NCBI GenBank assembly: GCA_965237955.1
Contig: OZ250169.1
Span: forward strand, 2,560,001 to 2,624,000
Reading direction: 5' to 3'
Length of the DNA: 64,000 bases
Source of the DNA: Candidatus Marinacidobacterales bacterium
Lineage (GTDB): Bacteria > Acidobacteriota > Vicinamibacteria > Marinacidobacterales > SMYC01
Position numbers and translations under genes: made by a program. Shown here piece by piece: positions 37,821 through 48,083 of this stretch (position 1 is its first letter; the number at the start of each line of letters is the position of its first letter). The notes under the pieces were generated by a model. That model worked only from the letters and a program-made list of their open reading frames with translations. It was not told where the DNA came from and searched no databases.

Positions 37821-38608
37821 GCCGATCCAAAGTGAAGCGACTCCTGCGGGACGCGCCCCAAGTGAGCCCGTTCCTGGTCCTCGGCGATCCGACCCCGGAG
37901 CTTTCTCTCGAGCTCGCGAAGACGTCCGTCGCGTGCGGTTGCGGCATGATCGAGCTCGGCTTCCCTTACAGCGATCCCGTTGCCGACGGCCCCGCCATCC
38001 AACAAGCCGACATGCGCGCGCTCGAAAACGGCACATCGACGTCGAAGGCGATGGCGATTCTCGGCCGTATTCGAGACGCTTGCCCCAAAACCCCGTTGAA
38101 CCTTCTCGTCTACGCGAATCTCGTCCACGCGCGCGGCTTCGATCGTTTTTGCAAGGATGCCGCGGACGCGGGCGCGTCGTCTCTCCTGGTACCGGACGTG
38201 TGTCTCGAGGAGAGCGCTCCGCTCAAAAAGGCTTGTCGCAAAGCGGGTCTCGGTCACGTTCAGCTCATAGGCCCTCTCACTTCACGCGAACGGCTGAAGC
38301 GCATCGACGCCGCGGCCACGAGCTTCATCTATCTCGTCGCCCATCAGGGCGTCACCGGCGTGCGCGGTGGGGGCTTCGATGGCGTCGAAGCGCTCGTCGG
38401 GCGTACCGCGTGGCAGTTGCAGAACCCGCTTTGCGTCGGATTCGGTTTGTCGAAGCCGGAACAGATCCGGCGAGTGTTTGCCGCGGGTGCGCGGCTTGCC
38501 GTTGTGGGGAGTTACCTCGCAAACGTCATCGGCGAAAGCGCCCGAGGCGATCACTTGCTCACCGCGTTCTCTGAGGCGCTCGAGCCGTTGGTTACCGCGG
38601 CCGAGTGA
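37817..38608 (+). CDS. trpA: Tryptophan synthase alpha chain
   Basis: [32 protein letters not shown]. Confidence 0.95.
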   Translation: MSRSKVKRLLRDAPQVSPFLVLGDPTPELSLELAKTSVACGCGMIELGFPYSDPVADGPAIQQADMRALENGTSTSKAMAILGRIRDACPKTPLNLLVYANLVHARGFDRFCKDAADAGASSLLVPDVCLEESAPLKKACRKAGLGHVQLIGPLTSRERLKRIDAAATSFIYLVAHQGVTGVRGGGFDGVEALVGRTAWQLQNPLCVGFGLSKPEQIRRVFAAGARLAVVGSYLANVIGESARGDHLLTAFSEALEPLVTAAE

Positions 38609-38626
38609 GAAAGAAAGGAAAGCAGC

Positions 38627-39667
38627 ATGTTGGTCATCATGCGAAAGGACAGTAGCGAGCAGCAAACCGACGCCGTCGAGGAGCAAATCCGGCGGATGGG
38701 TTACACGCCGCTCCCGGTGCCGGGTGAAAACCGCACCGCGATTTGCGTCACCGGCAACAAAGGACCGGTCGAGTCGGCGCTCTTGAGTCAGATGCCCGGC
38801 GTTCTCGAATGCATTCCAGTGACGAAGCCCTACAAGCTCGTGAGCCGGGAGGTCCATCCCGAGGATACGGTGGTGCGGGTTTCCAACGTCGAGGTCGGAG
38901 GCGAATCCCCTCCGGTTACGTTCATCGCCGGACCGTGCAGCGTGGAAACCGAATCACGTACGCTCGAAGTCGCTCGGCGGGTCCGGGCGGCCGGTGCACA
39001 CATCTTCCGTGCGGGGGCGTACAAGCCGCGGACGAGCCCGTACTCGTTCCAGGGTCTAGGCGAGGAAGGCTTGCATACGTTGCGGCGGGTGAAAGAAGAG
39101 TACGATCTTCCGGTCGTGAGCGAGGTCATCGACTCGTCGCTCGCCGAAAAAGTCGCCGAGCACGTCGACATCCTTCAAGTCGGCGCGCGCAACATGCAGA
39201 ACTTCACGCTCCTGAAAAAGTTGGGCGAGTTGAAGCGGCCGGTGCTTCTCAAGCGCGGTATCTCGGCGACGCTCGAGGAGTGGCTGATGGCGGCCGAGTA
39301 TCTTCTCGCGGAGGGCAACCCGAACGTAATCTTGTGCGAGCGCGGAGTACGCACGTTCAACAACCATTCACGGAACACGCTCGATCTGAACGTCGTCCCG
39401 CTGGTGCGGAAGATAACGCACTTGCCGGTACTCGTGGATCCATCGCATGGTGTGGGAAAGCGCGACCGGGTGAGGCCCCTCGCGCGCGCCGGCCTCGCCG
39501 CCGGCGCTCACGGGTTGATGATGGAAGTGCATACGCATCCCGACACCGCGTATTCCGACGCCCACCAAACGATCGACGTGGAGACGTTCGAAGGGATCGT
39601 GAAGGATGCGTCGATCTTGAACCAGCTGGAAGGCTTGTTCGAACCTGTAGTCGTCGCAAAAAAATAA
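38627..39667 (+). CDS. aroF: DAHP synthase type I-beta with N-terminal regulatory (ACT-like) domain
   Basis: IAGPCSVE, YKPRTSPYSFQGLG, GARNMQNF, LCERGVRTF, VDPSHG; last gene of the trp operon. Confidence 0.93.
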   Translation: MLVIMRKDSSEQQTDAVEEQIRRMGYTPLPVPGENRTAICVTGNKGPVESALLSQMPGVLECIPVTKPYKLVSREVHPEDTVVRVSNVEVGGESPPVTFIAGPCSVETESRTLEVARRVRAAGAHIFRAGAYKPRTSPYSFQGLGEEGLHTLRRVKEEYDLPVVSEVIDSSLAEKVAEHVDILQVGARNMQNFTLLKKLGELKRPVLLKRGISATLEEWLMAAEYLLAEGNPNVILCERGVRTFNNHSRNTLDLNVVPLVRKITHLPVLVDPSHGVGKRDRVRPLARAGLAAGAHGLMMEVHTHPDTAYSDAHQTIDVETFEGIVKDASILNQLEGLFEPVVVAKK

Positions 39668-39802
39668 CGCAAAGGCGCAAAGTCGCGGAGACGCAAGGAA
39701 AGATCAGGATCTGAACAGCTCTTCCACGGGCAGAGACCAAAGAGAGCATCAGCGCCCAAGGCGCTCCACTTTGCGCCCTTGCGACTCTGCGCCTTTGCGG
39801 TT
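39666..39802. repeat. Inverted 8-mer (GCGCAAAG) repeat element
   Basis: ACGCAAAG GCGCAAAG TCGCGGAG ACGCAAGG, inner hairpin AGCGCC-CAA-GGCGCT, CTTTGCGC CCTTGCGA CTCTGCGC CTTTGCGG. Confidence 0.85.
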
Positions 39803-39817
39803 TGTGCTTTTGAGGGT

Positions 39818-40246
39818 TCAGCCGAGCGCGAAGCTCATTACGCCCTTGGCCGCCATGGTGCCGTCCACGTACGCCGTCACCGCGAGAACTCCAAAGCGTG
39901 CTCGCATCCTGCGCACCTCGGCTTCGATGCGAACCGTCTGGCCGAGGGCGACGGGATCGTTGAATTCCGCTCCCTCGATCGCGCGAAAGTAGATCGTCCG
40001 CCCGCGATTCTCCTCGGGGTGCAGCACCAGGATCGCCCCGACCTGAGCCATGGCTTCGGCGAGCACCGTCGCCGGCAAGAACACGCCGTCGTCGCGTCTC
40101 GAGAGAAAGCGGATAGCGTCGTTGACGCCGAGCTCGCCGACGATTCGCTTGCCGTCTTCGATCTCGATGACCGAATCGACGAACAGAAACGGTTCGCGGT
40201 GCGGGAGGATGTTCTCTATGTCCGCGCGATCGAGATGGGTTGTCAC
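39818..40246 (-). CDS. FabZ/FabA-like hotdog dehydratase (divergent)
   Basis: ILPHREPFLFVD and EAMAQVGA are present; the usual GHFP motif is not. Confidence 0.8.
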   Translation of the reverse strand: MTTHLDRADIENILPHREPFLFVDSVIEIEDGKRIVGELGVNDAIRFLSRRDDGVFLPATVLAEAMAQVGAILVLHPEENRGRTIYFRAIEGAEFNDPVALGQTVRIEAEVRRMRARFGVLAVTAYVDGTMAAKGVMSFALG

Positions 40247-40440
40247 AGGCTTGTCCAGTTTCGGGCCAGTTTCTGAAATCGCGTCGAGAAGAACTATAGC
40301 ACGGAACGTGGTTGGGTTCTAGACTTGCCGTTCCACAAGTGGCTTGTTTTGTAATGGTTGTAGGCTCCTGTGGAGCCTAAAGGTGGCCGACAGTTTGCCG
40401 ATAAGACGATCGCGCCGTCTCGTCCTCTGTGTAGCCGATC

Positions 40441-42520
40441 ATGCGACCCCGAGAAACCTTCATTGCCGCCGCTATTGCAATCGTTGCGAGCGTTGCGACA
40501 CTCGGTCTTGCTCCGGTTTTGCCCGATGCTGTTGCGGTCATCGTCGCGGTGGCAGCGTCCGTGCTCGCCGTCGGGATCGGTCGTCGTTTCCTGAAACGCG
40601 GCCGCGTCGATCGAGCCTCGATATCTCTCGCGAACATCAGTCACGAGATCCGAACGCCGTTGAACGGTATCCTGGGCTTGACCCAACTACTCATGAGGAT
40701 GCGGCCGACGATCCAGCAAGCGGGAGTACCTCGAAGCGATCAAATCCTCCGGGCAATCGCTGCTGCGGCTCATCAACGATATTCTCGACTATTCGAAAAT
40801 GCGATCGGGGGCGCTCAGGTTCGAGCACGATTCGTTTCCGCTGCGCAAGTCGGTGCGCGATACCGTGCGCGGCCTCGCCCCACAAGCACACCTCTCCGGA
40901 CTCGAGCTCGCGTTCTGGGTCGAGCCCGACGTGCCCGAAGATCTCGTCGGGGACCCGAGCCGGCTCGGTCAAGTCCTGACGAACTTGCTCGTGAACGCGA
41001 TCAAGTACACCCAGGTCGGAGAGGTCGCTCTTGCGGTGTCGCTCGAGAGCCTCGACGACGTTGCCGCTCTCGTGCGCTTTAGTGTCTCGGATACCGGCGT
41101 CGGTGTTCCCGAGGGACAGCGAGGAACCATCTTCGATGCGTTCGCTCAAGGTTCACAAACGCGGTCGGCTACCGTCGATGAGGGTGGGGTGGGATTGGGC
41201 CTCGCCATCGCGAAGGACCTGGTAGAGCGCATGGGCGGTGAGATCGGGATCGAAGCTTCCGCGAGCGGCGGAAGCACGTTCTACTTCACCGCACGCTTCG
41301 AGCTGCCTGCCGGCGGCGCGATCGGCGACGATACCGCTCCGACCGATCCCCTCCCCGGGTTCGCAGTCCTCGTCATCGACGATAGCCCCGCGCAGCGGAC
41401 CGCGCTCGAAAAGCAGATGAAGGCGTGGGGGTTTTTGGTCACCACCGCGTGCGACGAAGCTTCGAGTCTCGAGGCCATGAAACGCGATGGGCCGTTCTCC
41501 TTTCTCCTCGTCGATTCTCACATCCCCGGCGTCGATGTTTGGGCTTTGGCAGCGAAGCTCCAGAAGCGACATCCGACGCCCGGGGTGTTGATGACGCTGG
41601 CTCACGAGCACGTCGACACCGAGGTCCTGCGTGCACATGGATTCCACGGACACCTGACGAAGCCGCTCGCGCCGACGCACCTGCTTCGAGCCATCGAGAT
41701 CATCCGCCGTGGCGCTACCGTCGAGTCACCAGAAGATGTCCAGACGCACAACATGGACCGGCTTGCTCTCGGCGGCATCCGCGTGCTCCTGGCCGAAGAC
41801 CATCCGGTCAACCGCACCGTCGTCGTCAGCATGCTCGAGCGGATCGGCTGCCACGTGATCGCAGTGACGAACGGGCAAGAAGCGCTCGAGCGCCTCAAGC
41901 CCGAGCGGCGCGAGCGGTTCGATCTGGCGCTCGTCGATGTGCAGATGCCGGAAGTCGACGGGCTAGAGCTCGCCCGCGCGATCCGAGCCCGAGAAGCCGT
42001 TACCGGCGATCATCTTCCTCTCATCGCCGTCACCGCTCACGCGCGCGAAGCCGACCGCGACCGCTGCCGCCACGCAGGCATGGATGCGTTCTTGTCCAAG
42101 CCTTTTGAAGAGGAGGAGCTCGTCTCACTCATGAGGCAGTGCTTGGCGGAGCCCAACCGGAGCGTTTCCGTACCGCGCTTCGATCGCGCTTCCGCGTTGG
42201 TTCGAGCCAACGGGGATGTCGATCTCCTGGCAGAACTTTCGACGCTTTTTCTCGAGGAGACCCCCCAGACGTTCGGGGCGATCGAAGCCGCGCTCGCCGC
42301 CTGTGACGACGTAGCCGTAGAACGGCTTGCGCACCGTCTCAAAGGCGCGCTCTTGACGCTGTCAGCGGAGCGCGCCGCGAAGATTGCGCTCACGCTCGAG
42401 AGGATGGCGCGCACGAGCTCCCCCGCGGAGTGCGAAGCGGTTCTAGGTCAGCTTGCCACAGAGCTCGAGCACCTCACCCCCGAGCTCGAAGCGCTAGCCG
42501 CGTCGGTAGAATCGCGGTAA
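40441..42520 (+). pseudogene. Hybrid histidine kinase (TM-HisKA-HATPase-REC-REC-HPt) with one extra base near 40718
   Basis: SHEIRTPLNGILG in one frame; removing one base from CAGCAAGCGG continues REYLEAIKSSGQSLLRLINDILDYSK into NLLVNAIKYT, DTGVG, GLGLAI, two REC domains and AHRLKG. Could be a sequencing error. Confidence 0.85.
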
Positions 42521-42591
42521 CCGCTCGTCATCTTGTTCGCGCGCGCGCGTTACAAGCCATGCTCGAAACCGGACGCGGTCTCCTCTAATAT

Positions 42592-43710
42592 ATGGAGATC
42601 TTGCCTAACTTGCGTATTCCCGGCCCTACGCCGTGCCGCGATGAAGTCCTCGAGGCGGTAGCGCGCCCGATGATGAACTACCGAGGTCCCGAGATGGCCG
42701 CACTCGTCGAAGGCCTAATCGGGAAGCACGGCAAGCGCGGCAAGCTGCAGCGTTTTCTCGAGACCGAGCACGATGTGATTCTCTTGACCGCGAGCGGTAC
42801 CGGTGGGCTCGAAGCGGTCATCCAGAACACGCTCAGCCCCGGTGATCGCGTCGTCGGCGTCGACGCGGGTGTTTTCGGGAAGCGATTCGTCTCGGTGGCA
42901 AGAGCGTTCGGCGCGTCGGTGCGCACGATCGACGTCGAGTGGGGACGGGCTCTCGAGCCGGACACGTTGAAAAACGTACTCCGTGAGGAACGCGCGTGCC
43001 GCGCCGTGCTCCTCACCCACAACGAAACGTCCACCGCGATTCGGCACCCGATCGAAGAGCTTTCGGAAGTCGTTCACCGCGAGAGCGACGCTCTTTTGTG
43101 TGTCGATGGCGTCTCGAGTCTGGGCGCGATGCCGCTTCCAATGGATACACTCGGCATCGACATCGTGATCTCGGGCTCTCAAAAGGCGTGGGGTGTACCG
43201 CCGGGAATGGCGATCTTGTGCTTGTCCCCGAAAGCGTGGGACGCGTGTGAGAAGGCGAAGATGCCACGTTTTTACTTCGACTTGAACCGCTACCGCGATG
43301 CGCAGAACCGAGGCAGCTTTCCGTTCACGCCATCGCTTCCGATCGTGTTCGGTCTCGACCTAGCACTCGATTTCATGCTGCAAGAGACTGCTGAGGGAGT
43401 TTTTGCGCGTCATGCGAGGATCGCCGCGCGCGCGCGCGCGCGCGTGCGCGGCATGGGCCTCGAGCTTTTCGCCGACGAAGACCATCCCTCACCGACCGTT
43501 ACCGCCATCCGCGTCCCCGATGCGATCGACGAGCCGGCGCTGGTCGAGTTGCTCAAAACTAAACACGACACGATTTACGCTCGTGGTCAAGAAAAACTCC
43601 GAGGGACCATCGTGCGCCTCGGGCATCTCGGATGGGTGCAAGAGCCCGAGATCGACGATGCGCTCGACGCGCTCCGTCTGTCTCTTCGAGAGCTAGCGTC
43701 CGCCGGGTGA
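42592..43710 (+). CDS. Class V PLP aminotransferase (alanine/serine-glyoxylate type)
   Basis: PGPT, SGTGGLE, THNETST, VDGVSS, SGSQKAWGVPPG, RLGHLG. Confidence 0.92.
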   Translation: MEILPNLRIPGPTPCRDEVLEAVARPMMNYRGPEMAALVEGLIGKHGKRGKLQRFLETEHDVILLTASGTGGLEAVIQNTLSPGDRVVGVDAGVFGKRFVSVARAFGASVRTIDVEWGRALEPDTLKNVLREERACRAVLLTHNETSTAIRHPIEELSEVVHRESDALLCVDGVSSLGAMPLPMDTLGIDIVISGSQKAWGVPPGMAILCLSPKAWDACEKAKMPRFYFDLNRYRDAQNRGSFPFTPSLPIVFGLDLALDFMLQETAEGVFARHARIAARARARVRGMGLELFADEDHPSPTVTAIRVPDAIDEPALVELLKTKHDTIYARGQEKLRGTIVRLGHLGWVQEPEIDDALDALRLSLRELASAG

Positions 43711-43741
43711 GCCGACACGTTTTCTCCCGGTTGTTTTATTG

Positions 43742-45061
43742 ATGCGCCGCGAATTCTGGCCAATGCTGCGTCTTGCGACGCCCGTCGTGGTGGCGGAGCT
43801 CGGCTGGACTGCCATGGCGACCGTCGACACGCTGATGGTTGGACGCCTCAGTGCGGAAGCTATCGGCGCCGTGAGTCTCGGCTCGGCCATTTTTCTCGGC
43901 GTCACCATCTTCGGGATGGGATTGCTCCTGGGGTTGGACACGTTGATCTCCCAGGCTTACGGCGCGGGACGACTTCGAGACTGCCACCGTTCGCTGATCC
44001 ATGGAATCTATGCGGCGTTGATTCTGGCGTTGCCGTTGACCGCCATCTTGGCGGCGGTGATGCGGGCCTTGCCCGAGCTCGGCATCAATCCCACCGTCCT
44101 CGAGTTGACGATCCCGTACCTGCGGCCGGTGACGTGGAGCCTTCTCCCCCTGCTGCTGTACGCCGCGTCGCGCCGTTATCTACAGGCAACGGGTCATGAG
44201 AGCTCGGTGATGGTGGTTCTCATGATCGCCAACGTCGTCAACGCGCTCACGAACTGGGGGCTCGTCTTCGGAAAGTGGGGCCTTCCTGAGCTCGGCGTCG
44301 TCGGCGCCGGGTGGGCGACGTTCGCGTCGCGCGCCTTCATGGCAGTCGTTCTTCTCGGCGCGATCGTGGTCTACGAGTGGAGGAACCCTCGCGGTCTCTT
44401 CCAAACCCCGCTGGGCCTCGAGTGGTCGCGCTTTCGTGAGCTCTTTGCACTTGGGCTTCCGGCGGCGGTTCACATCACGCTCGAGATGGGACTGTTCAGT
44501 GTCGCGACCGCGCTTGCAGCACGGCTCGACGCCGCGTCGCTAGCTGCGCATCAGATCGCGTTGAGCGTGGCAGCGACGACGTTCATGGTGCCGCTCGGCG
44601 TCTCGTCTGCGGGAGCGGTACGCGTGGGCCATGCCATGGGCGCGCGGGATCGCGACAGCGTCGCGCACGGGGGGTGGATGGCGATCGTGTTTGGCGTTGG
44701 CTTCATGGGCCTTGCGGCCATCACCCTGTTCCTCTTCCCGAAACAGATCATCGGTCTGTTCACCAGCGATGCCGACGTGCTCGCGGTGGGGGTATCACTT
44801 CTCTACATTGCCGCGTTCTTTCAACTCTTCGACGGGCTTCAAGTCGTCACCGCGGGCGTGCTCCGCGGGCTCGGCGATACGCGCACGCCCATGGTGGCGG
44901 GGCTCATTGGTTATTGGTTGCTCGGGCTTCCTACCGGCTATTTCCTCTGCTTTCGGTTCGAGCGTGGGGTGAGCGGGTTGTGGATCGGTATGTTGGTCGG
45001 GCTCGCCACCGTCGGCGTCGTGCTGCTCGCCGTGTGGGTCAGGCGCCTCCGACGTCTCTAG
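43742..45061 (+). CDS. MATE family efflux transporter (NorM-like)
   Basis: VDTLMVGRL, SQAYGA, AAHQIAL, FQLFDGLQV, LRGLGDTR; many TM segments. Confidence 0.93.
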   Translation: MRREFWPMLRLATPVVVAELGWTAMATVDTLMVGRLSAEAIGAVSLGSAIFLGVTIFGMGLLLGLDTLISQAYGAGRLRDCHRSLIHGIYAALILALPLTAILAAVMRALPELGINPTVLELTIPYLRPVTWSLLPLLLYAASRRYLQATGHESSVMVVLMIANVVNALTNWGLVFGKWGLPELGVVGAGWATFASRAFMAVVLLGAIVVYEWRNPRGLFQTPLGLEWSRFRELFALGLPAAVHITLEMGLFSVATALAARLDAASLAAHQIALSVAATTFMVPLGVSSAGAVRVGHAMGARDRDSVAHGGWMAIVFGVGFMGLAAITLFLFPKQIIGLFTSDADVLAVGVSLLYIAAFFQLFDGLQVVTAGVLRGLGDTRTPMVAGLIGYWLLGLPTGYFLCFRFERGVSGLWIGMLVGLATVGVVLLAVWVRRLRRL

Positions 45062-45082
45062 CTGGCTGATTCGCAAACACAG

Positions 45083-45174
45083 ACGCAAAGGCGCCAAGAC
45101 GCGAAGGCGCAAAGGACCCGAGTCGAAGAGTCAACTCGAATCCTTTGCGTCTTGGCGCCTTTGCGCCTTTGCGT
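45083..45174. repeat. Inverted 8-mer (GCGCAAAG) repeat element
   Basis: ACGCAAAG GCGCCAAG ACGCGAAG GCGCAAAG, inner hairpin CGAGTCGA..TCAACTCG, CTTTGCGT CTTGGCGC CTTTGCGC CTTTGCGT. Confidence 0.88.
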
Positions 45175-45197
45175 TATGTTTTTCTGCCCTATCCCCG

Positions 45198-46019
45198 CTA
45201 GGGAGTTACCCGAGCTTCGTTGGCGGGATCAGCGGCAGCGACCCCAGCATAATTATTCGCCTCGATCTCGTGCCATCGGGTGTCGTGCTCGGGCCAACCG
45301 GCGAGCATCGCGGGAACTCCCGACGCGAACACCAGCCAGTTAAAGCGGATATTCTCGTGGTGCCACTCCTTGATGGCCGAGCCTCGCTCCGCCTGGAGAC
45401 TATGGACGATCTCGTGCGAGAGCACCCACTGCGCGTCGTCGCCGATCGCGTCGATCCAAATCACTCCGGGCACGTAGTAGCCGCGCAATCCCGGCGGTGG
45501 ATCGCGGTTCAAGAAAACGAGGCTACCGCTCGTGAGGGTACGTTTCGTGTCGAAGGTGTATTGATCTGAGAACACGTAGTACGCGGAGAACGCGGCGTTG
45601 ATGGCGTCGAGCTCGAGGTGCGGCGAGCCGTCCCACTTGAAGTGGACGAACGAGTGCGTCAACTCCCAGTTGGTGTACAGAGATTCGTCGAAAACCGGAT
45701 AGCCTTGGATCGAACGGCGTGTCGTCAAGCTCGACTTCTGTGCAAGCGCTTTGCCGACGAGAGCGAGGTTCGGATTCTGCGCGGCGATGCTGTAACCGCC
45801 GTGGGCCATCAACCCCGAGACGGCACCTTCCTTCAAGGCTTGTTTGAACGCGCGTTTCGGCGATTCGTGATGCACCACCATCTTGCCCACGAAGCTGATT
45901 GCGATGTTAAAGCCCACCTGTCCCGCGATGAGCTTCGGGTCCCGCCACTGCGCTTCCCCCGCCCGTGCGAACAGGAAGCAACCCAGGCAGAGACCGCAGA
46001 TCCAATGACGGCTCCCCAT
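45198..46019 (-). CDS. Secreted hypothetical protein with HExxH motif
   Basis: Signal-like N-terminus; SHEIVHSLQ and a downstream HEIEA. Confidence 0.65.
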   Translation of the reverse strand: MGSRHWICGLCLGCFLFARAGEAQWRDPKLIAGQVGFNIAISFVGKMVVHHESPKRAFKQALKEGAVSGLMAHGGYSIAAQNPNLALVGKALAQKSSLTTRRSIQGYPVFDESLYTNWELTHSFVHFKWDGSPHLELDAINAAFSAYYVFSDQYTFDTKRTLTSGSLVFLNRDPPPGLRGYYVPGVIWIDAIGDDAQWVLSHEIVHSLQAERGSAIKEWHHENIRFNWLVFASGVPAMLAGWPEHDTRWHEIEANNYAGVAAADPANEARVTP

Positions 46020-46306
46020 GGTGTCCCCCTCGACGTAGTCATACAAAGCAAGTTCGCTGCCATAGTGGGTCGCTCGTCGAAAAGGCGTACCGAAAGGATT
46101 TGTACCTCCCGCTATCCGCCGGCTTCTCGAAGTCGTAGGGAGAACCCCCCGGACGGGGTGTCATTTCTTCCGAATGACGGACACTCGTGTGAGAAATGTC
46201 ACCGGTTCGGGAGCAGACGGCGGTTGATGTAAGATGGCCCGATGCGCATCGAGTTGACCGGACAAGACGTCGTCGAACAAACACTAGGTACCGAAGGAGC
46301 ATTGTC

Positions 46307-47965
46307 ATGACCACCAAGACGAGCTCGGCGCGCAGCGTACGCGCTCCTCGAGGCACTAAGCTCACGTGCAAAGGCTGGCCGCAGGAAGCGGCCTACCGCA
46401 TGATCCAGAACAACCTCGATCCGGAAGTCGCCGAGCGGCCCGAAGATCTCGTCGTGTACGGCGGCACCGGGAAGGCTGCGAGGAGTTGGACAGACTTCGA
46501 TCGGATATTGGGCGCTCTCGAGAATCTCGAATCGGACGAGACGCTTCTCGTTCAATCGGGCCGCCCCGTGGGCATTGCGCAAACCCACCCCGACGCGCCG
46601 CGGGTGATCATCGCGAACTCGATGCTCGTGCCCCACTGGGCGACGTGGAAAGAGTTTCGTCGGCTCGAGGCGCTGGGGCTGACGATGTACGGGCAGATGA
46701 CGGCCGGAAGCTGGATCTACATCGGAAGCCAAGGGATTCTGCAGGGCACCTACGAAACCTTTGGCGCGTGCGCGGAGAGAGACTTCGGGGGCAGCTTAGC
46801 AGGGCGCCTCGTCGTGACCGGCGGGCTCGGTGGCATGGGTGGGGCGCAGCCGCTGGCGGTCACGATGAACGGCGGTGTTTGCCTCGCCGCGGAAGTCGAC
46901 CCCGCCCGCGTGGAGCGCCGTCTCGAGCACGCGTATCTCGACCGCGCGAGCTCGGACCTCGACGAGGCGCTCCGATGGTGTGACCAAGCGGTGCAAAAAA
47001 AGGAAGCGCTGTCGGTGGGGTATCGAGGCAACGCGGCCGACTTGCTCGGTGAGCTCATCGCCAGGAACCGCACTCCCGACGTGTTGACCGATCAAACGTC
47101 GGCGCACGACGAGCTGAACGGCTATGTTCCGAACGGCATGGGCTACGACGACGCGCTCGCGCTTCGAGAATCGGATCCGGATAAATACATCGCCGAGTCG
47201 ATGCGGACCATGGCCGATCACGTACGATCCATGCTCGAGCTTCAAAAACGAGGCGCGACGACGTTCGACTACGGCAACAACATACGGGGCCAAGCGATCG
47301 AAGCCGGTGTCGACAACGCCCTCGACATCATCGGGTTCGTCCTCGCCTACATCCGCCCGCTTTTTTGCGAGGGCTCGGGTCCGTTCCGGTGGGTAGCGCT
47401 CTCGGGCGATGCGGCCGACATTGCTCGCACCGACGATGCCGTGCTCGAGACGTTTCCCAAAAACGATCACTTGGCCCGGTGGATTCGACTCGCGCGCGAA
47501 AAAGTTCACTTCCAGGGACTCCCGTCGCGCATTTGCTGGCTCTCGTACGGAGAGCGCGCGAAGTTGGGTCTGGTGTTCAACGAGCTCGTTGCCAAAGGTG
47601 AGATCCGAGCGCCGATCGTGATTGGGCGCGATCATCTCGACTGCGGATCGGTCGCGTCCCCGTATCGGGAGACCGAAGGGATGAAAGACGGCTCGGACGC
47701 CATCGCCGATTGGCCGATTTTGAACGCGCTCCTCAACACCGCCTGCGGCGCGACGTGGGTGAGTGTTCACCACGGTGGGGGTGTCGGGATCGGCTTCGCC
47801 ATCCACGCGGGCCAGGTCATCGTGGCCGATGGGACCGATGCCGCGGCGAAACGACTCGAGCGCGTACTGACCGCGGATCCGGCAATGGGTATCTTTCGGC
47901 ATGTGGATGCGGGATACGAGCGTGCCGTGGAGATTGGTCGTGAACGCGGGGTGAAGATTCCGTGA
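46307..47965 (+). CDS. hutU: Urocanate hydratase
   Basis: [68 protein letters not shown]. Confidence 0.97.
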   Translation: MTTKTSSARSVRAPRGTKLTCKGWPQEAAYRMIQNNLDPEVAERPEDLVVYGGTGKAARSWTDFDRILGALENLESDETLLVQSGRPVGIAQTHPDAPRVIIANSMLVPHWATWKEFRRLEALGLTMYGQMTAGSWIYIGSQGILQGTYETFGACAERDFGGSLAGRLVVTGGLGGMGGAQPLAVTMNGGVCLAAEVDPARVERRLEHAYLDRASSDLDEALRWCDQAVQKKEALSVGYRGNAADLLGELIARNRTPDVLTDQTSAHDELNGYVPNGMGYDDALALRESDPDKYIAESMRTMADHVRSMLELQKRGATTFDYGNNIRGQAIEAGVDNALDIIGFVLAYIRPLFCEGSGPFRWVALSGDAADIARTDDAVLETFPKNDHLARWIRLAREKVHFQGLPSRICWLSYGERAKLGLVFNELVAKGEIRAPIVIGRDHLDCGSVASPYRETEGMKDGSDAIADWPILNALLNTACGATWVSVHHGGGVGIGFAIHAGQVIVADGTDAAAKRLERVLTADPAMGIFRHVDAGYERAVEIGRERGVKIP

Positions 47966-48083
47966 GGGTCGGTATTGTTCCCGCTTCGCGCTCACATCTC
48001 ATACCCTCGAAGGTGCCCGTTGCGGACGATTCGGCACAAGAATACGGCATACGGTCGGATGCGCGTCTTGCCTTCGTCGGGCG

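Noticed and set aside
43425-43444. (CG)10 run
   Set aside because: It encodes Ala-Arg repeats in frame within an intact aminotransferase; nothing suggests a regulatory role.
47966-48083. Possible small ORF or remnant between hutU and hutI
   Set aside because: The translation from the GTGA overlap shows no recognisable similarity.
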